Of a stretch of DNA of 64,000 nt, positions 1 to 13,492 are shown piece by piece. The notes below the pieces were generated by a model. It searched no databases and was not told the DNA's origin. It worked only from the letters and a program-made list of their open reading frames with translations. A program made the position numbers and the translations under genes. This stretch comes from Catajapyx aquilonaris (lineage: Eukaryota): the NCBI GenBank assembly GCA_000934665.2, contig KZ538071.1, positions 62,001 through 126,000 of the forward strand, in the 5' to 3' direction. Position 1 is the stretch's first letter; every line of letters starts with the position of its first letter.

Positions 1-498
1 GAGTGACTGAGGGGGCAAAAGAAGGCATGCAATGAGTGACCCACCCACATCCGTTCAACAGATCCATCATTTTATCGTAAAGCGTTTATCATTGCACATG
101 ATTGATGCAATTGATTTACAACTTCCCGGGAGGACGGCATTGGCGCCTCGCACACAAACGTCTGCGGGCCAGCAGCTTGACTGATGATGGAAATCATGAA
201 GAGCGCCCGAAATGAAGTCAACGCCCGCATTCAAAACTTATGCCACCAGGGCCAAGGAATAGAAAGGAAGAAGAAGACTGAAGGAAGGAAGGAAGCAGGG
301 CTACAGCAGGAGGCAGCTTGTGGGAAAATATGGCAGGAATGAGAGAGATGGGCATGCCGGACAGATGATAGATGACATGTTTTGTGCGGATAGACGGACG
401 CTCAGTGGATTCCAGGTAAGGATGATCATATCGAGAGGTACAGTACGCTGATTCACATTTGGGGATAATGGAGGTCAGAAAAAGATATATGAACTAAC

Positions 499-605
499 TC
501 AGCCTGTGCTTGCTCTGGGCCTCTCTCATGTTCTCCCAGTGAATCAGCTGGTACCAGGACACTCCTTGCAGGTCTTGTCGATTGTAGCACAGATGAAACT
601 CTCCG
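499..605 (-). CDS. dys: dys exon: PAS-B (NGEFHLCYNRQDLQGVSWYQLIHWENMREAQSKHRL)
   Basis: Acceptor gtgtttcag|C completes AA|C (Asn); donor CTGA|gttagt. 107 nt, phase 2 in, phase 1 out. GxSWYxxxH PAS-B motif. The ORF track entry 453..647 overlaps it in a different frame. Confidence 0.93.
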
Positions 606-3600
606 CTGAAACACACCAAAGAACAGGGTTAGACCTATAGGCTGCATATATTACACCGGTCGTATGGAAATATCCGAATAACATGGCGATTAGAAATTAG
701 TCTGAGCATGTGTCCCGTCAAATGAATTGGGAGGTTGGGAGGGGGGGGGGGAGGGGGAAGACAAAGTTGCAGGCAGCCAAGCGCATCATGGGAATGGAGA
801 ATGGATCCTATCTTCCTCCTTGTGGGGAACCCTAAGCAATTTCCGGATCTACGTGAGCGAGAAGCTAATGAGCGGGTTGGAAAAGAAGCGGGCCCTCGCT
901 CGTCGGTTGATGGGGGAGGGAGGGGGTGGAGAAAAATGAGGGAGGGATAGGGTGTATGGGTGGGTGGTGGGGGAGGGAAGGGGTGGAGCAGCACCGGTTT
1001 TTTAGAAAACAAACAAGGTCCAGATTCCCACACACATTGTGGAATCAAGGGGGATGCTGGAAGAAGTACCACCGATTGAGGGGAGGGAAACAAATGCCAC
1101 GTCACTTATGCGCTATTTTCTCAAACACATGTGATTGCACCTGACAAGAGCAGCGCATTTTTCAAGGTAATAGATGCTTTTTTTGTCACTTGCGCTTGTC
1201 TGAAAAGTGGACCGAGAAATGCCCCAGGTGCATCGGCGGATGAGACATGACAGGATGAGACGCGGAAGCAGCTTCTGGCAACCTTTTTGGAGGAACTCAA
1301 GACGCCGCCGAGCCTTTAGGCCTATCGTTGGCCTCAGTGTCTGCCGGGCCACACGTCGGTTCCGCTTCCAGCTTGATAGAAAACCTGCCTGCATTTCATC
1401 TCCATCACTTCCATCATCCGCCTACCCCAAATAACCCAAAGCTGCATCGACAACAAGTAGGCTGAACATTCCCCCTGAGAGTGACCCTTTGTAGCAATCA
1501 ATGTGTGGGTGAATGCGATATATGGGCCCATGCACGTGCGCACACATCAGCATGCAACTCTCGGTCCATCTCTTTGGGGGTGTAGGGCCTCCGAAAACTG
1601 TCTTCACTGTCAACGAGTGGGCCAGGTGGGCACATTCTTCTCCCAGCATCCATCTCATCTCATCTGGTCCCACATGTTTCTCAGACTTGACTCTGCCCAC
1701 TCCCATATGATGTGAGTGTACAGTACCGGCCAGCAGTCTCCAGAAAGCGCCATGTAATCACCTCATGCAACATCAGTAAGACATCGTTTATTCGAGAAGG
1801 AAGCTGGCAAATGGCCCCTAGATTTACACCTTACAAGCTACACCTCACTTTACCAACTGGAGGAAAAAGGTACCATAAGAGAAAGGGGGGGAGGCAGCAG
1901 CAGGGGCGTATCCCAATCACGAGCATCACGACGACCTAAGATCACTTCCGAGAGGCCAAGTGGAAAAAAAATGTCCCTCGTGATCCCGACTGCCAGGCGA
2001 CGAAACGCCCCTTGACCTTTCACCTGGTTTCCGTGATTCCTCCAGTTCTATTCTGACTCGCAATTTATTGACCTGGCGCAATATTCATGGTAGAAGAAAC
2101 GAGCCGGGGGGAAGGTAGTTGCCTTGCCAAAGGGTAAAATAATCAAGTGGGATATAGGCTAACTGGCATATGCAGCAGGTAGGTAGGACCTGACTCCTGC
2201 TGCAGCATGGAAGCGAGTGAAAAGTGGCCTTGCGGATGGCTTCCTGCACGCAAACCTCACCTAACAGCAGCCCCATTATATTTCACAATTAGTTTCAAGC
2301 ATGAATTTTTACCCGCTTTCTGGGAAAGAAGGAAAAACACACCCTCTAATTGGCTGCCTTTCAATATGTCTTCGCACACACTTGCTGGGCTCGAGAAATT
2401 AAATCATTCTATTCATTAAGCGGCTGTTTCGCAACAATGCTGGGTAATCGTAAAAGTCAATTGGTATATCAGGACGCCAAATGATCGACGCCGGATTGGG
2501 CCGACCCTCTTCCAATTAAATCGTCGAGTGCACGAGTTATTTGGCAAAGAGAGAGGTTGGCAGGAGGAATCAGGTGATCACGAATAAATAAAGAGTCTGA
2601 TGTAGCTGTGATGAATGAGCGGGGGCCATTAGTGGGCCAATTGTGGCTGGACCAAGCCCTCTCCCAAGATCCAAGCCGGATTAAGGACCAGTAATAACAG
2701 TGACGGCCAGCACGACTTGACTGGGGCTGGCAATGGCTGCTGTGGCCCTATCTACATGCTCTTCTTTCCTATTTTACCTGGATCACTCCTTTTTCTTTCA
2801 GCCCAAGGGGAACCCAAGCCCACCCTTCGCCTTTCAGCGGGCCTATTTGACCCCTCAGCCCGCCGGTTAATTACGCCACAGGTGGTCACGTGATTAAGTT
2901 CCCCCTTCAGATTGAAAGTCACAACGTTGACGCTGGGAATTAGCACGTCGGATTGTATTAAGTTCCTATTTCAGTCACAACTGACACATCACGGTAAGCC
3001 ATAACCAGCTTGCCTTGAGGGCCACCTGGGTCTATCAGACTGAAACATATCAATAGACAATGCTATAACAGGCTAAAAACAGGGTGTTTGGAAGAAAATG
3101 TGGACGTTGGAAAGAAGGCCAGTTCCTTTACCTCTTAACCTGCTGGGAAAGGTAGCCCTACACTGTTCCGTAAAGAAAATAAGAAAAAAAAAGAAAACCG
3201 AGAGAAAAAAAAGAGGCGGCTTGATTTAGTAGAGCTGTGGGAGAGAAGAGGAGGAAGAGGCGTGGGAACCAAAGGATGCTGCAGCCAGACCAATTAAACT
3301 CAAACCAGCAAGGCTCCCCAAACCCCCCACCTCCTCCCTGTTCCCTTCTTCACCTGCCCCCGACTCAACCCAGCCCCATCCAGCACAGCAACCCACCCTG
3401 AAACATTCTTTGGATCCGACCCGACAAAGTCTCCGGAGATAATCAGGATCGCAATGTCAGAGTGTGCTGGATAGCCATGTTATTCGCCGATTTTGTCACC
3501 TCACGAGAAAAGCTCGTATTTCATACATTTGTGTAGCAATCTGAAACGCTAACCTTTCACTTTTTTAAATATATATTTTATGTGTCTGAAGTGTATACGG

Positions 3601-5716
3601 CTTGTAGATTTCGTCACAGTGATGGCATATGTGAATCTTCGTGCCATCAGGCACTCAATGTTATACAATGTAACACTATTTCGCTCCATTTTCAGCTGTT
3701 TCATTCTTGCAGTGTACAATCGTATTTACATTTATATGGCCAGCTGATATGGGTATGGACCATATGTATCGGCAGCGTGATGGAGTCCATGTTTGCGGAA
3801 GTAAGGGAGGAAGGAAGGAAGGAGGAAGAGAGCTGAAGATCGTGGCGGTCCCATTAGACGGAGAAGGTCCTCACGAGGCAGCAGCAGCCTCTGCCGGCGG
3901 ATGGCCTTCCTTTTTTCACTGCCAAGGCCGCTAAATAATATTCTCCCCACGAAACCTGACTGCTTCCAGCTATCTCCGTGCATGCGTCTCATATAACTGA
4001 CTGACTGGCTGCACATTCATTTTGCCATTACTGACCATCACACTTGATCCGTATCACCTAGTCCATCGCCCTAACACAGCTCCGATTTGCTCGTAATAGC
4101 ATGTTCGCATGGCCAGCACTTTTCTCTAAGAGAGACATTTTCATTATTTCGATGCCATCATCAGACTGTAGTGTAAAGACGTGAAGTTGGTCTGTAGAAG
4201 CTCAAAATATAGCAGCTGTGACCGTCAGATATAACACATCTTTTGTTGCTATTTATAATCTCACGACCTTAGTCAGATCTCACCTATTCCTAGCTCTTCA
4301 GGCAGGACCCACTCCATGGGTTACAGATACACACACAAAAAGTATAGCAACCTCTGCCTTTTCTTTAGTGATATTGACCGCGTAACGAGTAATCACCTTA
4401 ATAAAAAGTTAAATACATGGTAGAGCCCTGTAATTAATTTATTAATTCTCATCATTTCCCACCATAAATTTTAAAAGCGTCAAATCCAAAATCTGACGTA
4501 ACGAGATTTGCATCACCTTACTCCTTAGAAACCAAGGTGGAAATACTGGAAGAGCATTGTCCTCTTCGCGATCCGGGAGCTATTGTCAGCAGAAAATGCT
4601 CACAACGGAAATGTCCTGAGCGAAAGGAAGGAAGGTAAAGCCCACACTGTATTAGGTAGCCCGAGAGGATGGAAAAGTCGTGACCATGGAAATGTCAATT
4701 CCTGTGCTTATCACTCATTTGTGTGCATCCCTTTCCGTCCTTATTAGCATTTCCTAAACGGGCTTAGAATCACGCCACTCACGATGCTTCTCCAGAAAAG
4801 AATCACACTAGTCCAATTCTACATGTCCTTCCTGTGGGGTTTTCGCTTGGTTTCACCTCACGTGAACCCTCACCAAAAAACGAAACGAAAAAATACATAT
4901 AATTTTTCCTTCCGCCCCCTGAAACAACCCCCCTACCTCCTATGGACAATCTTCTGTGTAGAGTCGGTTCATCGAAGGGGCGGCACGCAATTACAGCCGA
5001 TAATGAACTTTGGATACGGTTGCGACGGGAGGCCGCCTCATAAAGAATGCGATTAATAGGAGACGGATTTATCTGATAGGGATCCCACAGGAAGGAAGTG
5101 GGCAATTTTTTCGAGCTCTTCTTTGTCATATTTCATCATACCTCCAGAACCCTTGAACATAAGTAGTCGTAACTCAGAGCTCAAAGGGGGGTGCTTCCCT
5201 TACACTGTTGGGAATTAAATTGCACAATTGCGTCAATGTTGCTTCCTTTTAATGTCAAGTACCGATAAAAAGTTTTGAAGCTGGTTTCAAAATGAAGAGG
5301 GCCAAGTGAAGGCGTGGGAATTCAGATTAGAAGGGGTTAGTTGCCCTGAAGGCCGTCCCAATCTCAGGCAAAGGAGCAGACACCTCGCCCCGATCTCTCC
5401 GAGGGGGCAAGTTGGCCATCACGAGAGTGCCTTCTAACCCCCTCCTGACCCGATTTTCGGCCTCCCTTTTTTTTTTATTCTTCAGAACTTTCTGGGAGGG
5501 TTCTGCCTACACTCATTAATCTGCATCCTCTCAGCGCTACTCAAACACATGAGTCATGATACGTCACTGGATATTACGTTCTGTCAGTAAGGATGAGCCT
5601 ACATGTATAAATTATCCAGAATTGGGGTCAAAATTGTGGTGTAATTTATTTATGGAAACTGTAGGACATTGCATGTACAATGGTGGAAATTAATGGATAA
5701 ACGCAATTATCGCCGC

Positions 5717-6060
5717 CAGGGACGTAGCCAGGGGGGGGGGGGGCAGGGGGCCCGAGCCCCCCCCTGAAATTTTTCGACTTACACTAGATAAAATGAGTAT
5801 TTTAACATTCCAATGCCTCCATAGAGAAATGTTTTTAAAAAATCATGTTTTCAAATAAGTAATTCATGATTTTTTTGGAAAAAGTGCTACCATTTCATCA
5901 AATACACATGCATTCAAATCTCCCACTTTCACCTGAGCTCGTGTGACCTTGAACCCAAAATATTTCGCCTGCGGCGGGCCTCCTCCCCACCCTTTTCGGT
6001 TTATCCCCCCCCATTGCAAGCCCCCCCCCCCCCCGAACCGGAATCCTGGCTACGTCACTG
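5717..6060. mobile_element. hAT-like MITE (344 bp)
   Basis: TIRs CAGGGACGTAGCCAGG / CCTGGCTACGTCACTG (15/16). Perfect 8-bp TSD ATCGCCGC at 5709-5716 and 6061-6068. An 8-bp TSD with CA..TG ends is the hAT signature. Confidence 0.9.
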
Positions 6061-8791
6061 ATCGCCGCGTTTCTATGAAGCAAAGGAAAACCTCCGCCAG
6101 GTGGCGCTACTTGTCCTTATCCATTAATTTCCACCACTGTACAGGTATGACATCGATCCACATTTCAGTCCAATTTCTGATGGAAATAGTTCAATTTGGG
6201 TTGAAATTTTTGAGATAATTTTGATGTAATTATCAGCACTTGTGCATACATGGCGTTACCTAGCGTGCAGCACTGCAGTTACCTTTCCAAAGCCCTAGAA
6301 TAAATGATTTTTTCTCCCCTTCCTTTCCCAGCTGGTCTTCGAGAATGAAAAGTGGGCGCGCAGATAGATTTCGACTTGTTTACCCGACTCATCAAGATCG
6401 CTCACGTTAAGGTAGAAGAGTCGAGGGTGTACATCTCATGTGAGAAGCGATCTTCCCCGAGCCAAGCACCTGTCAGCCGAATTTTAATTATCTGCATCCA
6501 TAAGGCGCGCGGATCTCCCGGAGGTCAACCCACAGAAGATGGGGGTGTAGGTGGGATGGAATATATGCTGCTCTCTTTTCTTCTTGTTCGGTGCTGCCCC
6601 TAGGTTGAAGGAGGGGGATGCTGCCTGTCACCTATCAGGCCAAAAAAGATTCGGCACGATCCAGCTAATCCCGTCCCACTCCCGATCTAAATGCTAAACA
6701 CGAAAGAGCCGCTACAAATTATTAATTCCATACTTGAGCTCTAGATAGCAGATAGTTTCACACGATGGGGGGATGGAAGAGGTAGACATTGATCCTTGCA
6801 GGCCATCCCCACCCTCAGCTTGCGTGGATTTCACGCCTTTGCTCATTTTCGGCAAGCCTTTTGCGGGATGGCAACTCTTTGGCCGGGCTGCCAACATGTG
6901 CTGACCGGTTTTGGCGGGGCTCCTACGTCCGTCCGCCTGTCCGGTATACTTGTGAGGGGGGTATAGGGGGAGGGTGTAAAGATGGGCGTGGGGTGGTGGG
7001 GGGGTGATGGGTCACAGGGCCACGTCCAGCAGCATCTCTGAAGTGAGGAGGCTTGCCTTTTGGAGCCTCATCCCAGCATCCCTTTGGGCCTCATCATGCT
7101 TTGCACGAGTCCTGCTTCTCTTCAGGCCTGATGTTTCACCCTCTTCTTCCTCCTTCCTTCCTTCTTTCTGCCCCAACACCTGTCAGCATGTCTGTCTCTT
7201 CTGCTTCATTCCCCTTCTTGCTTTCTTGTAGGGGAACACTTCCCACGCTCCACCCATGGATGTCCCACCTTTCCCCACCCATTCAACCACAGCATCCACA
7301 CACCTACACGCCACTGCTTCAACTGTTCAAATGAAATCAGTTGTGGCAGTCGAGTGTCCAGCATTTCTCTAGTCGTTTCGTATATCAAGCTATGAGTCCC
7401 GGGGGATCCTTGACAGATTGTATATGGTGGAAAATTTATGTGTGCCGCATTATGATTGGCACAGGACGAGTAGGGTGTTTCAGCATACTACATGCTGCGA
7501 TTATAATTGTTATTTGTATGATAATAATATAAGTTCATTTCTTAATAATTACGATCTTTACAAAAAAAAAATATCCTGGCGATATGCAACAGTCAACACT
7601 ACCAATGAAAAGTGCTGATGCTTTGGGCCTATCAGTTGACAGATATTTCTCTCTACTATTTTAGTGGCCAATGATGACGGGTCATTGCCCGATTAAGTGT
7701 CCAAAAAAACGTATAGTCACTTCATTATCGTCATTTTAATTCGACAAAGTCAGGTATCCTGCATATTGTGCAACTAAGCTTCTCCTATCATATCTTTCGT
7801 GAATGATCAGCAAATTCAACTTGAGACATCACCCAAAGGGGACCATACGAGGATCAATGGCCCGCACGTCCAAGACAGCTGTAGATTTCAATCGCATTTT
7901 GAATATGAATAGACGTCATAGAAAAAGTACTCAGGCCAAAGCGGAATGTGTGGGTGTTTCCTTCTCCGCAGTCAGATCTTGATTAGAAGACATCCATTCT
8001 GGCAATCAGCATGTGCAGTCAGAAATCATGTAGTCGTAAAGGAGATTGTAATCAAGAGGTGTAAGTCCCCGAGACAGTGTTAAAGGAGTGTGGAAGAAGT
8101 ATTGAAATGGATAGTTGGACGAGTGGACAAGATGGGTTTAAGCAACATGAACCCAATCTGTTTCCCTCGAGAGTACCTAGAGGCGCCCCGTGGTGAGGGC
8201 CGGATTAAAACCTGGACTTGACTCGGTGGCGACCAGATGACTTAGGAGGCTCACAAATCAATTTCCAATCCAGTTGAGGTGATGAGGAGGAGGATATTCA
8301 AGTGCCCATCTTGGGCTTAAGTAGAAAGTGGACAACATTTCAATCAGGCGCACATGCTGTGGAGAGATATGGCGGCCTAGAGCTGCGAATGCCATTAGTC
8401 AAGGAGCAATGGATGATGACCAAGAGGAAAAAAAAAACATTGACGAGATGTACGGGAGTAGGGGAACTGACGATTTCATTTGCATGCTAATGGACCTCTT
8501 CCACTTGGCCTGTCAATCGGCCTTCCACTAGTGCATACTTGTGTCCGATAGATAGCTACGGAAGCTGCCTACACGCACTCACCTGCATGCATAATTTCCA
8601 GTTCTAATAAAAATGGCGACACTACAACCCAAGACTGGTCGATGAGGGCACATCAGCAAGGTATACGTCCATCCATGGTGGTAGGAATGCGGAGTGAGTC
8701 TCTCCCGGATGCACGGGACAAGGTAGAAGGCGCCCGGGAGCCTTTTATCATCCATCCCAAGGGCATGCAGGTGTGAGGGAGGGGTGGCCGG

Positions 8792-8793
<2 letters not shown>

Positions 8794-8826
<33 letters not shown>
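8794..8826. repeat. (GT)16 microsatellite
   Basis: Read directly. Confidence 0.97.
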
Positions 8827-8830
<4 letters not shown>

Positions 8831-9597
8831 AGGAGAGAGGTAGTTGGGGAGATGTGGAAGAGGGGGGAAAGGGTCGGCATTTTTCGCATCCTACTCCCGC
8901 CTGGAAGCATGTCGCCTGTCACCCAAACAGTTCTACCGAATAGCAGCGTATTTCTCAAACCCTAGACAGCAAAAAATATATATGTATATAATCAGGTAAA
9001 AATTCGGGCCGATACCGTGTCGTAATGACACGTGAGTTTTTTCTGAGGTACCGGTACAACAAGATAAACGCGGCATCCCTTTGACCTACGACCGCTTCCC
9101 AACATGAACTCTCTTCCTCGCTCACTCTCACCTGGCTAATCACCTGACACAACAATGACGCCACTCTTATTCGTTTCTCTTCAAATTTTTTTATATATTT
9201 CGCCAGGTGGCCGGTCATTACGCAGTTTTTCTAATGGGAGAGTGAGCAAGAGAGCGGCCATCAGATGGAAAAAAAGAGTGAGGTTGAAGAGGTGGGGGGA
9301 TGGGGAAGCCTTTACAAGTGTCAATCTAACAAATTGGCGGTGGCCGTTTGGGGCTGAGGCCCTTTCAGGGGGAATCTTATCCCGACTGCCATCGGGTCCG
9401 TGTCACTAACGGGTTATTTCTGGGCGGGGGGAATTTATTGGCGATGCTATCGTCTGCTCTCGCCAACTCATTTGCAAGCGATCATAGCGGCAGCAACACC
9501 ACTTGGCGTTCCTCCACTTCTTTTGGCGCCAACATTCCGACCCTTCACCATGTATAGGACACTGACACTTTTGGGTATGGTGCGAAAATGTACTTAC

Positions 9598-9782
9598 TTC
9601 CGATCGATGTGCATGAACTTCATGTCCATTGCGTGTATGGAGGTGAAGACGTTGGTGGCTCCCTGAACGACACATTCCCTGGTTTCAGGCATGGCGATTG
9701 GAGTGCAGCTGGCCAGAAACACGGGCTCGTTGCGGCTACACAGCGGCAGGAATGACAGGTAGTGACCCTCGACCAGCACCAC
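9598..9782 (-). CDS. dys: dys exon: end of PAS-A and start of PAS-B (VVLVEGHYLSFLPLCSRNEPVFLASCTPIAMPETRECVVQGATNVFTSIHAMDMKFMHIDR)
   Basis: Contained in ORF 9594..9824. Acceptor gcttctcag|GTG, donor AA|gtaagt. 185 nt, phase 0 in, phase 2 out. Confidence 0.96.
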
Positions 9783-10912
9783 CTGAGAAGCATTATTTTT
9801 GGGAGCGTAATCGCAAAAGCGCACGTTGCCATTTGAACAGTCACATCTTCTAATGGGCTACAACTGAAGAGTCGCAAAGAATGCACACGGGCCAGTTTCG
9901 GCTGAATTCCTCATCCGTGGAAAAAAAAATTGGGGGGTAATTAGGCCTCACATGGGTGAAGAAGTTACACATTATGTCTGCTAACCTTTACATAATATGA
10001 ACTTGTTAATATGTGACGGGATACTGAATAAACGGTCTCACAGTTTAGCCGTTGCAAGTTGGTCGACATTGTTCTGAAAAAGTGGCTTTTAAAAATGTTA
10101 TCTTTTGGCTAAAAGGCATCTGCAAAATTCTTGAAAAGCAACCTAATATCTAGTTTGATTGTTCCACATTACTTTGTGAATGGGACAACATTTTGCACAT
10201 AAAGCGACGAAACAGGTGCCCGCTGGAAGGAGGCGTAGCAAATAAAAGCTAGACCATGACATTTGGGTGGTAGATACAAAAAAAAAACTTTCTTCAGTAA
10301 GAAAACTTTGAAACATTGTAGTGACAACGTTACATTACAAGGAGTCGTTTTTAAAATTTCTGAAAATATGCTTTAATAAAAATACTTCAATGCATCAGTC
10401 TCTGGGAATTCACTTAAATACAGTATCCTTCCTTTTGGCTATTTATTTGAGGGCATTTTCATTACTATATTTGCAAAAATTAATGACACTATGCACTTGT
10501 ATTCAGCTGCAACCACAAATATCAGCTTACAGAAACTGCCCGGCAGTATTGGCATATTGCAAAAATGAGAAAATATAGTCTACTGAATAGCTACTGTAGA
10601 CTATAATAAAAAAGCTCGTCAGTGAGTGACCACCTACGAGTTTATTGCGTTAGTAATGAAGCATAAATAGGAAACCAATTCAAAGTAATTCGCGCGTTCT
10701 CATTAGTTCCGTTTTATTATCTGCCTAATCCCCGTTCTGTACAGCGAATTCTCACACTTCCTTTTAGTGTACTCCAAGCCAGTAAGTTACTGCTTGAGAA
10801 AAATGTGAATTGCTATAATAAAGAACAGCGTACCAACAGGAATCCCATAATCACCTAACAATCTGAGCATCAAAGTTATTTAAAATTCCCAGATCAATAA
10901 GAGATATCTGAC

Positions 10913-11092
10913 CTTCTGATCGCCGAATCTCATCTGCCGACGAGCGTTACGAGACACGTTCATTCTGCACAAGAATATTCTCCCATCGTCACCAGGTGCT
11001 GCAGGTGATCTCAGAAGCTCCGCCTGAATCGCCGCATGGTCCTGCTTGTCTATGATGTCATAGACACTATCCCCATGAATAAGCAAATCCTC
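10913..11092 (-). CDS. dys: dys exon: PAS-A (EDLLIHGDSVYDIIDKQDHAAIQAELLRSPAAPGDDGRIFLCRMNVSRNARRQMRFGDQK)
   Basis: Contained in ORF 10880..11104. Acceptor ttctttcag|GAG, donor AAG|gtcaga. 180 nt, phase 0/0. Confidence 0.96.
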
Positions 11093-12519
11093 CTGAAAGA
11101 ACAAACATCAATAATCAGATATTTTCTCTTATCATTTGAGCCATACTACGTAATTAAATTAAATCAACCCAGATATTCCTAGAGTCCCTTGGACGGTGAT
11201 ATGCAATAATGAGTCAGCCCACATGGGAACAGTTTTGAGAAAAAGGGCTTTGAACATCATACCTATGAAACTTATTCAGTGTCCTTTTAGGTCATTTGGC
11301 AGAAGTATGCAGATTTCTCCAGATTGATTTTAACTGAATAAATTGGGTAGCCTATATGTTCCTGCTTTGACATTTTTGTGGGTTGACACATTATTGCATA
11401 TACGTACAGGACACTTGTACAGGTTATACAACTGTAAAAAATATTTAAAAAATGAAACAAAAATTCAGACATATCTGGGTGTTTCATCCAAAAATAATTT
11501 GGTGCCCCAACTTGACTACTCTTGAAAATAATTTAGAATCTTGGATCAAGCGATCAGATTTTTTCCCCACATTACCACACATGATTCTGCACATATCCAC
11601 TGTTCGTTTCAACCGCCTAGCAAAACGAGCTAGACTTGACACCCACTGACCTTACTAATCATCCTCAGTGGTAGGATCAACATTTTAAGTACATGCTCGA
11701 AAGTGCGTTTGACGGACGGAGGCTAACGATTACTTGGCTTCCTCTTCGCAGCTGTCACCAGGAAGCCATCGAAATTCACCGGCAGCCTACATTTTCAACC
11801 TTTCTGGTGATTGATGAGCTACTCGTCAATTTCACCGACAGCTCTCATCATCAGCGGCGTGCAGATTGCCCGCGAATTCATCCCTCTACACGCGATGGAG
11901 TGGGGAAGCCATCAACGAGAACGATTTAACCCACTCAGAATAAACCCTTATTCTATATACAAAGCAGATGCCGGGCACTTCAGATACCTGAACCCGGAAT
12001 TAAGTAATTAGAGGCGAGCAAACAAGCTGCTAAATACTAACAAGCTGGAATATTTATTTCTCCGCCTGTGTATTGAACGATCCTTCATGTCGCCCTAAGC
12101 CTTTTTCTTCTCCGCCTCACTTCTTTTTTTTTCTTCTTCTTTCTTTTCTTCTTCTTCCTTCTCCCCGCCTTTGGAAAGGAGGAGGCGCAACCAAAACGAT
12201 AGCCCTGCAGGGTGGCAAGCGCTTTACATTCTTCCAGAGGTTTTTCTCCTGGTTTTTTTTGCAGCCCAGATGATGGTGCAGTCCAGGTGGCTTACTTGCA
12301 TACTACGTGCTACTCATCGGTGGGGTTCGGCCTTCTCTAGTGTCATTAGCATGCAATTAATGTTGTAAACGCCGAGGATACTAATTACGCGAGGCAAGTA
12401 TACTATGTGGCCAATAAATGCACTTTTGTACATTACAGTCAGGATTTGCCTCTCAAAAGTGACTTAATGACAAAAAAGTTTAGGCCAAACTTAATGAAAA
12501 ATCGACTGAATGCACATTT

Positions 12520-12853
12520 TCTACGTGTAGAGCGGAAAGTCTCCTAATAGGCTTATTTTCGCCATCCGACCTGTTAGTACAGCTATCTCTTGCACGACCT
12601 GAGGGTGGCAGGAGTGTACAGAGGGAGTATGCGCCATCTATGCGTGAAAAATAACACTACATGGTAAATCGGCGGACCAAGTTGTTTGTCACTACCCTAC
12701 CCTCCTGAAGCCCAGAAATTTTTTTAATTTTTTTTAATTAAAAAAAATATACATTTTTTAAATTTTTTAAAAATTTTAAAACCCAATGGCTAGAGGGCTG
12801 TACGCGGGGCGTCAGGAGGACACTGCCAAATTTTGGCAAGGGGTTCACCCTAG
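12520..12853 (+). mobile_element. Possible non-autonomous Helitron-like element (5' end approximate)
   Basis: Hairpin TGCCAAA-T-TTTGGCA (12824-12838) lies 11 nt before CTAG|T (12850-12854), the canonical Helitron 3' geometry. Internal inverted repeat 12701-12713 / 12807-12819. The candidate 5' TC at 12520 is preceded by T rather than A. Confidence 0.4.
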
Positions 12854-12907
12854 TAATGAAACTAAAATAAAAAATATACTAAATTCGTCATTAAATTTCC
12901 GGCCATA

Positions 12908-13492
12908 CAGGGTGTTTCAACTTTTTTGTCCGAACAGTTATCGGAAAATTGCACGTAGCTGCTACTTTGTAAGCAGTGACTTGCAACTGGTGATTTGTCG
13001 GAGGAATGGGGAAAAAGAGGGTCACATATCCCATGGCATGTGTGACCATGGGCGTGGCCAGGATTTAGGTTAGGGGGAGGGGCAGGACGCAAATTTTGTC
13101 TGGGGAGGGGAGCGCAGGACCCGCCGCAGGCGGAAATTTTTCGGTTCAAGGTCACAACCCTTCCTCGCGACCTCAAATGGGGCAAAACGGAAAATAACCC
13201 ATAGAACAGTGCAATTTTGCACTGTTCTAGAGGGTTTTTGCGCGTTTCCCCCCGTTTTTCTGCATTTCCCTAAGATTTAGGCTGCTCCCCCCCCCTGGCT
13301 ACGCCCATGTGTGTGACCCTCTTATTTCCATGCTTGACCCTCAATTTTCAGCGGGCCACTTCAACCTATACGATTCGCAGGAAATATTCCCCGTTCCTCC
13401 GAAAAATCACCGTTTGCAAGTCACTGCTTACAAAGTAGCAGCTACGTGCAATTTTCCGATAACTGTTCGGACAAAAAAGTTGAAACACCCTG
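12908..13492. mobile_element. Tc1/mariner-like MITE with long TIRs, interrupted by a hAT MITE
   Basis: TA|CAGGGTGTTTCAACTTTTTTGTCCGAACAG...CCCTG|TA. TIRs ~105 bp, the first 79 bp perfect. TA on both sides. A second family member is at 22179. Confidence 0.92.
13047..13309. mobile_element. hAT-like MITE (263 bp) nested in the Tc1/mariner MITE
   Basis: TIRs CATGGGCGTGGCCAGG / CCTGGCTACGCCCATG (15/16). Perfect 8-bp TSD TGTGTGAC at 13039-13046 and 13310-13317. Confidence 0.9.

Noticed and set aside
453..647. ORF track 64-aa peptide
   Set aside because: Overlaps the real PAS-B exon but in the wrong frame.
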